Below the pieces are notes generated by a model, which was not told the DNA's origin, did not search any database, and saw only the letters and a list, made by a program, of their open reading frames with translations. 64,000 nt of DNA from Paragordius varius (taxonomy: Eukaryota; Animalia; Nematomorpha), in NCBI GenBank assembly GCA_964247055.1, contig OZ176050.1:620001-684000 (forward strand), read 5' to 3'. The position numbers and the translations under genes were made by a program. Positions 10,752-25,300 of the stretch are shown piece by piece. Within the stretch, counting starts at the first letter, position 1. Each line of letters starts with the position of its first letter.

Positions 10752-13700
10752 ATGGCTACCTAAAATCCAAATTTGATCAGGTGATGTCACCATAATTTTT
10801 TTTGGGTAGCCCTATGGTAGTTCCATCATCACCCCAAATATTTTCGAGATCGGAGTATAAATGTAATTTTTATGAATTTTTTAAATATTTAAAAAATTTA
10901 TTTTATACGATTTTAAAAATAAATGGCTACCTAAAATCCAAATTTGATCAGGTGATGTCGCCATAATTTTTTTTGGGTAGCCCTATGGTAGTTCCATCAT
11001 AACCCCAAATATTTTTGAGATCCGACTTTAAATGTAATTTTTTTGAATTTTTTAAATATTTAAAAAATTTATTTTATACGATTTTAAAAATAAAAATGGC
11101 TACCTAAAATCCAAATTTGATCAGGTGATGTCGCCATAATTTTTTTTGGGTAGCCCTATGGTAGTTCCATCATAACCCCAACTATTTTTGAGATCGGACT
11201 TTAAATGTAATTTTTTTGAATTTTTTAAATATTTAAAAAATTTATTTTATACGATTTTAAAAATAAAAATGGCTAATCCAAATTTGATCAGGTGATGTCA
11301 CCATAATTTTTTTTGGGTAGCCCTATGGTAGTTCCATCATCACCCCAAATATTTTCGAGATCGGAGTATAAATGTAATTTTTATGAATTTTTTAAATATT
11401 TAAAAAATTTATTTTATACGATTTTAAAAATAAAAATGGCTACCTAAAATCCAAATTTGATCAGGTGATGTCACCATAATTTTTTTTGGGTAGCCCTATG
11501 GTAGTTCCATCATCACCCCAAATATTTTGGGGATCGGACTATAAATGTAATTTTTATGAATTTTTTAAATATTTAAAAAATTTATTTTATACGATTTTAA
11601 AAATAAAAATGGCTACCTAAAATCCAAATTTGATCAGGTGATGTCTCCATAATTTTTTTTGGGTAGCCCTATGGTAGTTCCATCATCACCCCAAATATTT
11701 TCGAGATCGGAGTATAAATGTAATTTTTATGAATTTTTAAAATATTTAAAAAATTTATTTTATACGATTTTAAAAATAAAAATGGCTACCTAAAATCCAA
11801 ATTTGATCAGGTGATGTCGCCATAATTTTTTTTGGGTAGCCCTATGGTAGTTCCATCATAACCCCAACTATTTTTGAGATCGGACTTTAAATGTAATTTT
11901 TTTGAATTTTTTAAATATTTAAAAAATTTATTTTATACGATTTTAAAAATAAAAATGGCTAATCCAAATTTGATCAGGTGATGTCACCATAATTTTTTTT
12001 GGGTAGCCCTATGGTAGTTCCATCATCACCCCAAATATTTTCGAGATCGGAGTATAAATGTAATTTTTATGAATTTTTTAAATATTTAAAAAATTTATTT
12101 TATACGATTTTAAAAATAAAAATGGCTACCTAAAATCCAAATTTGATCAGGTGATGTCACTATAATTTTTTTGGGTAGCCCTATGGTAGTTCCATCATCA
12201 CCCCAAATATTTTGGGGATCGGACTATAAATGTAATTTTTATGAATTTTTTAAATATTTAAAAAATTTATTTTATACGATTTTAAAAATAAAAATGGCTA
12301 CCTAAAATCCAAATTTGATCAGGTGATGTCGCCATAATTTTTATTGGGTAGCCCTATGGTAGTTCCATCATCACCCCAAATATTTTCGAGATCGGAGTAT
12401 AAATGTAATTTTTATGAATTTTTTAAATATTTAAAAAATTTATTTTATACGATTTTAAAAATAAAAATGGCTACCTAAAATCCAAATTTGATCAGGTGAT
12501 GTCACCATAATTTTTTTGGGTAGCCCTATGGTAGATCCATCATCACCCCAAATATTTTCGAGATCGGAGTATAAATGTAATTTTTATGAATTTTTTAAAT
12601 ATTTAAAAAATTTATTTTATACGATTTTAAAAATAAAAATGGCTACCTAAAATCCAAATTTGATCAGGTGATGTCGCCATAATTTTTTTTGGGTAGCCCT
12701 ATAGTAGTTCCATCATCACCCCAAATATTTTGGAGGATCGGACTATAAATGTAATTTTTATGAATTTTATAAATATTTAAAAAATTTATTTTATACGATT
12801 TTAAAAATAAAAATGGCTACCTAAAATCCAAATTTGATCAGGTGATGTCACCATAATTTTTTTTGGGTAGCCCTATGGTAGTTCCATCATCACCCCAAAT
12901 ATTTTCGAGATCGGAGTCTAAATGTAATTTTTATGAATTTTTTAAATATTTAAAAAATTTATTTTATACGATATTAAAAATAAAAATGGCTACCTAAAAT
13001 CCAAATTTGATCAGGTGATGTCACCATAATTTTTTTTGGGTAGCCCTATGGTAATTCCATCATCACCCCAAATATTTTCGAGATCGGAGTATAAATGTAA
13101 TTTTTATGAATTTTTTAAATATTTAAAAAATTTATTTTATACGATTTTAAAAATAAAAATGGCTACCTATCCAAATTTGATCAGGTGATGTCACCATAAT
13201 TGTTTTTGGGTTACCCTATGATAATTCCATCATCACCCCAAATATTGTCGAGATCGGAGTATAAATGTAATTTTTTTGAATTTTTTAAATATTTAAAAAA
13301 TTTATTTTATACGATTTTAAAAATAAAAATGGCTACCTAAAATCAAAATTTGATCAGGTGATGTCGCCATAATTTTGTTTGGGTAGCCCTATGGTAGTTC
13401 CATCATCACCCCAAATATTTTGGGGATCGGACTATAAATGTAATTTTTATGAATTTTTTAAATATTTAAAAAATTTATTTTATACGATTTTAAAAATAAA
13501 AATGGCTACCAAAAATCCAAATTTGATCAGGTGATGTCACCATAATTTTTTTAAAATTTATTTTATACGATTTTAAAAATAAAAATGGCTACCTAAAATC
13601 CAAATTTGATCAGGTGATGTCACCATAATTTTTTTTGGGTAGCCCTATGGTAGTTCCATCATCACCCCAAATATTTTCGAGATCGGAGTATAAATGTAAT

Positions 13701-14526
13701 TTTTATGAATTTTTTAAATATTTAAAAAATTTATTTTATACGATTTTAAAAATAAATGGCTACCTAAAATCCAAATTTGATCAGGTGATGTCACCATAAT
13801 TTTTTTTGGGTAGCCCTATGGTAGTTCCATCATCACCCCAAATATTTTCGAGATCGGAGTATAAATGTAATTTTTATGAATTTTTTAAATATTTAAAAAA
13901 TTTATTTTATACGATTTTAAAAATAAAAATGGCTACCTATCCAAATTTGATCAGGTGATGTCACCATAATTGTTTTTGGGTAGTTCTATGATAATTCCAT
14001 CATCACCCCAAATATTGTCGAGATCGGAGTATAAATGTAATTTTTTTGAATTTTTTAAATATTTAAAAAATTTATTTTATACGATTTTAAAAATAAAAAT
14101 GGCTACCTAAAATCAAAATTTGATCAGGTGATGTCGCCATAATTTTTTTTGGGTAGCCCTATGGTAGTTCCATCATCACCCCAAATATTTTGGGGATCGG
14201 ACTATAAATGTAATTTTTATGAATTTTTTAAATATTTAAAAAATTTATTTTATACGATTTTAAAAATAAAAATGGCTACCTAAAATCCAAATTTGATCAG
14301 GTGATGTCTCCATAATTTTTTTGGGTAGCCCTATGGTAGTTCCATCATCACCTCAAATATTTTGGGGATCGGACTATAAATGTAATTTTTATGAATTTTT
14401 TAAATATTTAAAAAATTTATTTTATAGGATTTTAAAAATAAAAATGGCTACCAAAAATCCAAATTTGATCAGGTGATGTCACCATAATTTTTTTAAAATT
14501 TATTTTATACGATTTTAAAAATAAAA

Positions 14527-17018
14527 ATGGCTACCTAAAATCCAAATTTGATCAGGTGATGTCACCATAATTTTTTTTGGGTAGCCCTATGGTAGTTCCA
14601 TCATCACCCCAAATATTTTGGGGATCGGAGTATAAATGTAATTTTTATGAATTTTTTAAATATTTAAAAAATTTATTTTATACGATTTTAAAAATAAAAA
14701 TGGCTACCTAAAATCCAAATTTGATCAGGTGATGTCACCATAATTTTTTTTGGGTAGCTTATGGTAGTTCCATCATCACCCCAAATATTTTCGAGATCGG
14801 AGTATAAATGTAATTTTTATGAATTTTTTAAATATTTAAAAAATTTATTTTATACGATTTTAAAAATAAAAATGGCTACCTAAAATCCAAATTTGATCAG
14901 GTGATGTCACCATAATTTTTTTGGGGTAGCCCTATGGTAGTTCCATCATCATCCCAAATATTTTCGAGATCGGAGTCTAAATGTAATTTTTATAAATTTT
15001 TTAAATATTTAAAAAAATTATTTTATACGATATTAAAAATAAAAATGTCTACCTAAAATCCAAATTTGATCAGGTGATGTCACCATAATTTTTTTTGGGT
15101 AGCCCTATGGTAATTCCATCATCACCCCAAATATTGTCGAGATCGGAGTATAAATGTAATTTTTTTGAATTTTTTAAATATTTAAAAAATTTATTTTATA
15201 CGATTTTAAAAATAAAAATGGCTACCTAAAATCCAAATTTGATCAGGTGATGTCACCATAATTTTTTTGGGTAGCCCTATGGTTGTTCCATCATCACCTC
15301 AAATATTTTCGAGATCGGAGTATAAATGTAATTTTTATGAATTTTTTAAATATTTAAAAAATTTATTTTATACGATTTTAAAAATAAAAATGGCTACCTT
15401 AAATCCAAATGTGATCAGGTGATATCACCATAATTTTTTTGGGTAGCCCTATGGAAGTTCCATCATCACCCCAAATATTTTCGAGATCGGAGTATAAATG
15501 TAATTTTTATGAATTTTTTAAATATTTAAAAAATTTATTTTATACGATTTTAAAAATAAATGGCTACCTAAAATCCAAATTTGATCAGGTGATGTCACCA
15601 TAATTTTTTTTGGGTAGCCCTATGGTAGTTCCATCATCACCCCCAAATATTTTCGAGATCGGAGTATAAATGTAATTTTTATGAATTTTTTAAATATTTA
15701 AAAAATTTATTTTATACGATTTTAAAAATAAAAATGGCTACCTATCCAAATTTGATCAGGTGATGTCACCATAATTGTTTTTGGGTTACCCTATGATAAT
15801 TCCATCATCACCCCAAATATTGTCGAGATCGGAGTATAAATGTAATTTTTTTGAATTTTTTAAATATTTAAAAAATTTATTTTATACGATTTTAAAAATA
15901 AAAATGGCTACCTAAAATCAAAATTTGATCAGGTGATGTCGCCATAATTTTGTTTGGGTAGCCCTATGGTAGTTCCATCATCACCCCAAATATTTTGGGG
16001 ATCGGACTATAAATGTAATTTTTATGAATATTTTAAATATTTAAAAAATTTATTTTATACGATTTTAAAAATAAAAATGGCTACCTAAAATCCAAATTTG
16101 ATCAGGTGATGTCACCATAATTTTTTTTGGGTAGCCCTATGGTAGTTCCATCATCACCCCAAATATTTTCGAGATCGGAGTATAAATGTAATTTTTATGA
16201 ATTTTTTAAATATTTAAAAAATTTATTTTATACGATTTTAAAAATAAATGGCTACCTAAAATCCAAATTTGATCAGGTGATGTCACCATAATTTTTTTTG
16301 GGTAGCCCTATGGTAGTTCCATCATCACCCCAAATATTTTCGAGATCGGAGTATAAATGTAATTTTTATGAATTTTTTAAATATTTAAAAAATTTATTTT
16401 ATACGATTTTAAAAATAAAAATGGCTACCTATCCAAATTTGATCAGGTGATGTCACCATAATTGTTTTTGGGTAGCCCTATGATAATTCCATCATCACCC
16501 CAAATATTGTCGAGATCGGAGTATAAATGTAATTTTTTTGAATTTTTAAAATATTTAAAAAATTTATTTTATACGATTTTAAAAATAAAAATGGCTACCT
16601 AAAATCAAAATTTGATCAGGTGATGTCGCCATAATTTTTTTTGGGTAGCTTAATGGTAGTTCCATCATCACCCCAAATATTTTGGGGATCGGACTATAAA
16701 TGTAATTTTTATGAATTTTTTAAATATTTAAAAAATTTATTTTATACGATTTTAAAAATAAAAATGGCTACCTAAAATCCAAATTTGATCAGGTGATGTC
16801 TCCATAATTTTTTTGGGTAGCCCTATGGTAGTTCCATCATCACCTCAAATATTTTGGGGATCGGACTATAAATGTAATTTTTATGAATTTTTTAAATATT
16901 TAAAAAATTTATTTTATAGGATTTTAAAAATAAAAATGGCTACCAAAAATCCAAATTTGATCAGGTGATGTCACCATAATTTTTTTAAAATTTATTTTAT
17001 ACGATTTTAAAAATAAAA
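14527..17018. repeat. 15-monomer higher-order repeat unit, 2492 bp; the next copy starts at 17019
   Basis: Series gggg+gagt, tagctta, ttgggg/catccc, atgtct, ggttgtt, ccttaa/gtgatc/gatatc/ggaagt, ataaatgg, ctatcc restarts at 17019. Confidence 0.87.
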
Positions 17019-20000
17019 ATGGCTACCTAAAATCCAAATTTGATCAGGTGATGTCACCATAATTTTTTTTGGGTAGCCCTATGGTAGTTCCATCATCACC
17101 CCAAATATTTTGGGGATCGGAGTATAAATGTAATTTTTATGAATTTTTTAAATATTTAAAAAATTTATTTTATACGATTTTAAAAATAAAAATGGCTACC
17201 TAAAATCCAAATTTGATCAGGTGATGTCACCATAATTTTTTTTGGGTAGCTTATGGTAGTTCCATCATCACCCCAAATATTTTCGAGATCGGAGTATAAA
17301 TGTAATTTTTATGAATTTTTTAAATATTTAAAAAATTTATTTTATACGATTTTAAAAATAAAAATGGCTACCTAAAATCCAAATTTGATCAGGTGATGTC
17401 ACCATAATTTTTTTGGGGTAGCCCTATGGTAGTTCCATCATCATCCCAAATATTTTCGAGATCGGAGTCTAAATGTAATTTTTATGAATTTTTTAAATAT
17501 TTAAAAAATTTATTTTATACGATATTAAAAATAAAAATGTCTACCTAAAATCCAAATTTGATCAGGTGATGTCACCATAATTTTTTTTGGGTAGCCCTAT
17601 GGTAATTCCATCATCACCCCAAATATTGTCGAGATCGGAGTATAAATGTAATTTTTTTGAATTTTTTAAATATTTAAAAAATTTATTTTATACGATTTTA
17701 AAAATAAAAATGGCTACCTAAAATCCAAATTTGATCAGGTGATGTCACCATAATTTTTTTGGGTAGCCCTATGGTTGTTCCATCATCACCTCAAATATTT
17801 TCGAGATCGGAGTATAAATGTAATTTTTATGAATTTTTTAAATATTTAAAAAATTTATTTTATACGATTTTAAAAATAAAAATGGCTACCTTAAATCCAA
17901 ATGTGATCAGGTGATATCACCATAATTTTTTTGGGTAGCCCTATGGAAGTTCCATCATCACCCCAAATATTTTCGAGATCGGAGTATAAATGTAATTTTT
18001 ATGAATTTTTTAAATATTTAAAAAATTTATTTTATACGATTTTAAAAATAAATGGCTACCTAAAATCCAAATTTGATCAGGTGATGTCACCATAATTTTT
18101 TTTGGGTAGCCCTATGGTAGTTCCATCATCACCCCAAATATTTTCGAGATCGGAGTATAAATGTAATTTTTATGAATTTTTTAAATATTTAAAAAATTTA
18201 TTTTATACGATTTTAAAAATAAAAATGGCTACCTATCCAAATTTGATCAGGTGATGTCACCATAATTGTTTTTGGGTTACCCTATGATAATTCCATCATC
18301 ACCCCAAATATTGTCGAGATCGGAGTATAAATGTAATTTTTTTGAATTTTTTAAATATTTAAAAAATTTATTTTATACGATTTTAAAAATAAAAATGGCT
18401 ACCTAAAATCAAAATTTGATCAGGTGATGTCACCATAATTTTTTTTGGGTAGCCCTATGGTAATTCCATCATCACCCCAAATATTGTCGAGATCGGAGTA
18501 TAAATGTAATTTTTTTGAATTTTTTAAATATTTAAAAAATTTATTTTATACGATTTTAAAAATAAAAATGGCTACCTATCCAAATTTGATCAGGTGATGT
18601 CACCATAATTGTTTTTGGGTTACCCTATGATAATTCCATCATCACCCCAAATATTGTCGAGATCGGAGTATAAATTTAATTTTTTTGAATTTTTTAAATA
18701 TTTAAAAAATTTATTTTATACGATTTTAAAAATAAAAATGGCTACCTAAAATCAAAATTTGATCAGGTGATGTCGCCATAATTTTGTTTGGGTAGCCCTA
18801 TGGTAGTTCCATCATCACCCCAAATATTTTGGGGATCGGACTATAAATGTAATTTTTATGAATATTTTAAATATTTAAAAAATTTATTTTATACGATTTT
18901 AAAAATAAAAATGGCTACCAAAAATCCAAATTTGATCAGGTGATGTCACCATAATTTTTTTAAAATTTATTTTATACGATTTTAAAAATAAAAATGGCTA
19001 CCTAAAATCCAAATTTGATCAGGTGATGTCACCATAATTTTTTTTGGGTAGCCCTATGGTAGTTCCATCATCACCCCAAATATTTTCGAGATCGGAGTAT
19101 AAATGTAATTTTTATGAATTTTTTAAATATTTAAAAAATTTATTTTATACGATTTTAAAAATAAATGGCTACCTAAAATCCAAATTTGATCAGGTGATGT
19201 CACCATAATTTTTTTTGGGTAGCCCTATGGTAGTTCCATCATCACCCCAAATATTTTCGAGATCGGAGTATAAATGTAATTTTTATGAATTTTTTAAATA
19301 TTTAAAAAATTTATTTTATACGATTTTAAAAATAAAAATGGCTACCTATCCAAATTTGATCAGGTGATGTCACCATAATTGTTTTTGGGTAGCCCTATAA
19401 TAATTCCATCATCACCCCAAATATTGTCGAGATCGGAGTATAAATGTAATTTTTTTGAATTTTTTAAATATTTAAAAAATTTATTTTATACGATTATAAA
19501 AATAAAAATGGCTACCTAAAATCAAAATTTGATCAGGTGATGTCGCCATAATTTTTTTTGGGTAGCCCTATGGTAGTTCCATCATCACCCCAAATATTTT
19601 GGGGATCGGACTATAAATGTAATTTTTATGAATTTTTTAAATATTTAAAAAATTTATTTTATACGATTTTAAAAATAAAAATGGCTACCTAAAATCCAAA
19701 TTTGATCAGGTGATGTCTCCATAATTTTTTTGGGTAGCCCTATGGTAGTTCCATCATCACCCCAAATATTTTGGGGTTCGGACTATAAATGTAATTTTTA
19801 TGAATTTTTTAAATATTTAAAAAATTTATTTTATACGATTTTAAAAATCAAAATGGCTACCTAAAATCCAAATTTGATCAGGTGATGTCACTATAATTTT
19901 TTTGGGTAGCCCTATGGTAGTTCCATCATCACCTCAAATATTTTGGGGATCGGACTATAAATGTAATTTTTATGAATTTTTTAAATATTTAAAAAATTTA

Positions 20001-20795
20001 TTTTATAGGATTTTAAAAATAAAAATGGCTACCAAAAATCCAAATTTGATCAGGTGATGTCACCATAATTTTTTTAAAATTTATTTTATACGATTTTACA
20101 AATAAAAATGGCTACCTAAAATCCAAATTTGATCAGGTGATGTCACCATAATTTTTTTTGGGTAGCCCTATGGTAGTTCCATCATCACCCCAAATATTTT
20201 CGAGATCGGAGTATAAATGTAATTTTTATGAATTTTTTAAATATTTAAAAAATTTATTTTATACGATATTAAAAATAAAAATGGCTACCTAAAATCCAAA
20301 TTTGATCAGGTGATGTCACCTTAATTTTTTTTGGGTATCCCTATGGTAATTCCATCATCACCCCAAATATTTTGGGGATCGGACTATAAATGTAATTTTT
20401 ATGAATTTTTTAAATATTTAAAAAATTTATTTTATACGATTTTAAAAATAAAAATGGCTACCTAAAATCCAAATTTGATCAGGTGATGTCACTATAATTT
20501 TTTTGGGTAGCCCTATGGTAGTTCCATCATCACCCCAAATATTTTCGAGATCGGAGTATAAATGTAATTTTTATGAATTTTTTAAATATTTAAAAAATTT
20601 ATTTTATACGATTTTAAAAATAAAAATGGCTACCTAAAATCCAAATTTGATCAGGTGATGTCACTAAAATTTTTTTGGGTAGCCCTATGGTAGTTCCATC
20701 ATCACCCCAAATATTTTCGAGATCGGAGTATAAATGTAATTTTTATGAATTTTTAAATATTTAAAAAATTTATTTTATACGATTTTAAAATAAAA

Positions 20796-22349
20796 ATGGC
20801 TACCTAAAATCCAAATTTGATCAGGTGATGTCACCATAATTTTTTTTGGGTAGCCCTATGGTAGTTCCATCATCACCCCAAATATTGTCGAGATCGGAGT
20901 ATAAATGTAATTTTTTTGAATTTTTTAAATATTTAAAAAATTTATTTTATACGATTTTAAAAATAAAAATGGCTACCTAAAATCCAAATTTGATCAGGTG
21001 ATGTCGCCATAATTTTTTTTGCGTAGCCCTATGTAGTTTCATCATCACCCCAAATATTTTGGGGATCGGACTATAAATGTAATTTTTATGAATTTTTTAA
21101 ATATTTAAAAAATTTATTTTATACGATTTTAAAAATAAAAATGGCTACCTAAAATCCAAATTTGATCAGGTGATGTCTCCATAATTTTTTTTGGGTAGCC
21201 CTATGGTAGTTCCATCATCACCCCAAATATTTTCGAGATCGGAGTATAAATGTAATTTTTATGAATTTTTAAAATATTTAAAAAATTTATTTTATACGAT
21301 TTTAAAAATAAAAATGGCTACCTAAAATCCAAATTTGATCAGGTGATGTCACCATAATTTTTTTTGGGTAGCCCTATGGTAGTTCCATCATCACCCCAAA
21401 TATTGTCGAGATCGGAGTATAAATGTAATTTTTTTGAATTTTTTAAATATTTAAAAAATTTATTTTATACGATTTTAAAAATAAAAATGGCTACCTAAAA
21501 TCCAAATTTGATCAGGTGATGTCGCCATAATTTTTTTTGCGTAGCCCTATGTAGTTTCATCATCACCCCAAATATTTTGGGGATCGGACTATAAATGTAA
21601 TTTTTATGAATTTTTTAAATATTTAAAAAATTTATTTTATACGATTTTAAAAATAAAAATGGCTACCTAAAATCCAAATTTGATCAGGTGATGTCACCAT
21701 AATTTTTTTTGGGTAGCCCTATGGTAGTTCCATCATCACCCCAAATATTTTGGGGATCGGACTATAAATGTAATTTTTATGAATTTTTTAAATATTTAAA
21801 AAATTTATTTTATACGATTTTAAAAATAAAAATGGCTACCTAAAATCCAAATTTGATCAGGTGATGTCTCCATAATTTTTTTTGGGTAGCCCTATGGTAG
21901 TTCCATCATCACCCCAAATATTTTCGAGATCGGAGTATAAATGTAATTTTTATGAATTTTTAAAATATTTAAAAAATTTATTTTATACGATTTTAAAAAT
22001 AAAAATGGCTACCTAAAATCCAAATTTGATCAGGTGATGTCACCATAATTTTTTTTGGGTAGCCCTATGGTAGTTCCATCATCACCCCAAATATTGTCGA
22101 GATCGGAGTATAAATGTAATTTTTTTGAATTTTTTAAATATTTAAAAAATTTATTTTATACGATTTTAAAAATAAAAATGGCTACCTAAAATCCAAATTT
22201 GATCAGGTGATGTCGCCATAATTTTTTTTGCGTAGCCCTATGTAGTTTCATCATCACCCCAAATATTTTGGGGATCGGACTATAAATGTAATTTTTATGA
22301 ATTTTTTAAATATTTAAAAAATTTATTTTATACGATTTTAAAAATAAAA
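20796..22349. repeat. 3-mer/4-mer HOR block of domain B type
   Basis: 'tgcgtagccctatgtagtttc' monomers at 20969, 21487 (offset 518) and 22178 (offset 691). Further copies at 26480, 27516 and 29239. Confidence 0.85.
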
Positions 22350-25300
22350 ATGGCTACCTAAAATCCAAATTTGATCAGGTGATGTCACCATAATTTTTTT
22401 TGGGTAGCCCTATGGTAGTTCCATCATCACCCCAAATATTTTCGAGATCGGAGTATAAATGTAATTTTTATGAATTTTTTAAATATTTAAAAAATTGATT
22501 TTATACGATTTTAAAAATAAAAATGGCTACCTAAAATCAAAATTTGATCAGGTGATGTCACCATATTTTTTTGGGTAGCCCTATGGTAGTTCCATCATCA
22601 CCCCAAATATTGTCGAGATCGGAGTATAAATGTAATTTTTTTGAATTTTTTAAATATTTAAAAAATTTATTTTATACGATTTTAAAAATAAAAATGGCTA
22701 CCTAAAATCTAAATTTGATCAGGTGATGTCGCCATAATTTTTTTTGGGTAGCCCTATGGTAGTTCCATCATCACCCCAAATATTTTGGGGATCGGACTAT
22801 AAATGTAATTTTTATGAATTTTTTAAATATTTAAAAAATTTATTTTATACGATTTTAAAAATAAAAATGGCTACCTAAAATCCAAATTTGATCAGGTGAT
22901 GTCACTATAATTTTTTTTGGGTAGCCCTATGGTAGTTCCATCATCACCCCAAATATTTTGGGGATCGGACTATAAATGTAATTTTTATGAATTTTTTAAA
23001 TATTTAAAAAATTTATTTTATACGATTTTAAAAATAAAAATGGCTACCTAAAATCCAAATTTGATCAGGTGATGTCACTATAATTTTTTTGGGTAGCCCT
23101 ATGGTAGTTCCATCATCACCTCAAATATTTTGGGGATCGGACTATAAATGTAATTTTTATGAATTTTTTAAATATTTAAAAAATTTATTTTATACGATTT
23201 TAAAAATAAAAATGGCTACCTAAAATCCAAATTTGATCAGGTGATGTCACCATAATTTTTTTTGGGTAGCCCTATGGTAGTTCCATCATCACCCCAAATA
23301 TTGTCGAGATCGGAGTATAAATGTAATTTTTTTGAATTTTTTAAATATTTAAAAAATTTATTTTATACGATTTTAAAAATAAAAATGGCTACCTAAAATC
23401 TAAATTTGATCAGGTGATGTCGCCATAATTTTTTTTGGGTAGCCCTATGGTAGTTCCATCATCACCCCAAATATTTTCGAGATCGGAGTATAAATGTAAT
23501 TTTTATGAATTTTTTAAATATTTAAAAAATTTATTTTATACGATTTTAAAAATAAAAATGGCTACCTATCCAAATTTGATCAGGTGATGTCACCATAATT
23601 GTTTTTGGGTAGCCCTATGATAATTCCATCATCACCCCAAATATTGTCGAGATCGGAGTATAAATGTAATTTTTTTGAATTTTTTAAATATTTAAAAAAT
23701 TTATTTTATACGATTTTAAAAATAAAAATGGCTACCTAAAATCAAAATTTGATCAGGTGATGTCGCCATAATTTTTTTTGGGTAGCCCTATGGTAGTTCC
23801 ATCATCACCCCAAATATTTTGGGGATCGGACTATAAATGTAATTTTTATGAATTTTTTAAATATTTAAAAAATTTATTTTATACGATTTTAAAAATAAAA
23901 ATGGCTACCTAAAATCCAAATTTGATCAGGTGATGTCTCCATAATTTTTTTGGGTAGCCCTATGGTAGTTCCATCATCACCCCAAATATTTTGGGGTTCG
24001 GACTATAAATGTAATTTTTATGAATTTTTTAAATATTTAAAAAATTTATTTTATACGATTTTAAAAATCAAAATGGCTACCTAAAATCCAAATTTGATCA
24101 GGTGATGTCACTATAATTTTTTTGGGTACCCCTATGGTAGTTCCATCATCACCTCAAATATTTTGGGGATCGGACTATAAATGTAATTTTTATGAATTTT
24201 TTAAATATTTAAAAAATTTATTTTATAGGATTTTAAAAATAAAAATGGCTACCAAAAATCCAAATTTGATCAGGTGATGTCACCATAATTTTTTTAAAAT
24301 TTATTTTATACGATTTTACAAATAAAAATGGCTACCTAAAATCCAAATTTGATCAGGTGATGTCACCATAATTTTTTTTGGGTAGCCCTATGGTAGTTCC
24401 ATCATCACCCCAAATATTTTCGAGATCGGAGTATAAATGTAATTTTTATGAATTTTTTAAATATTTAAAAAATTTATTTTATACGATTTTAAAAATAAAA
24501 ATGGCTACCTAAAATCCAAATTTGATCAGGTGATGTCACTATAATTTTTTTTGGGTAGCCCTATGGTAGTTTCATCATCACCCCAAATATTTTGGGGATC
24601 GGACTATAAATGTAATTTTTATGAATTTTTTAAATATTTAAAAAATTTATTTTATACGATTTTAAAAATAAAAATGGCTACCTAAAATCCAAATTTGATC
24701 AGGTGATGTCACCATAATTTTTTTTGGGTAGCCCTATGGTAGTTCCATCATCACCCCAAATATTTTCGAGATCGGAGTATAAATGTAATTTTTATGAATT
24801 TTTTAAATATTTAAAAAATTGATTTTATACGATTTTAAAAATAAAAATGGCTACCTAAAATCAAAATTTGATCAGGTGATGTCACCATATTTTTTTGGGT
24901 AGCCCTATGGTAGTTCCATCATCACCCCAAATATTGTCGAGATCGGAGTATAAATGTAATTTTTTTGAATTTTTTAAATATTTAAAAAATTTATTTTATA
25001 CGATTTTAAAAATAAAAATGGCTACCTAAAATCTAAATTTGATCAGGTGATGTCGCCATAATTTTTTTTGGGTAGCCCTATGGTAGTTCCATCATCACCC
25101 CAAATATTTTGGGGATCGGACTATAAATGTAATTTTTATGAATTTTTTAAATATTTAAAAAATTTATTTTATACGATTTTAAAAATAAAAATGGCTACCT
25201 ATCCAAATTTGATCAGGTGATGTCACCATAATTGTTTTTGGGTAGCCCTATGATAATTCCATCATCACCCCAAATATTGTCGAGATCGGAGTATAAATGT

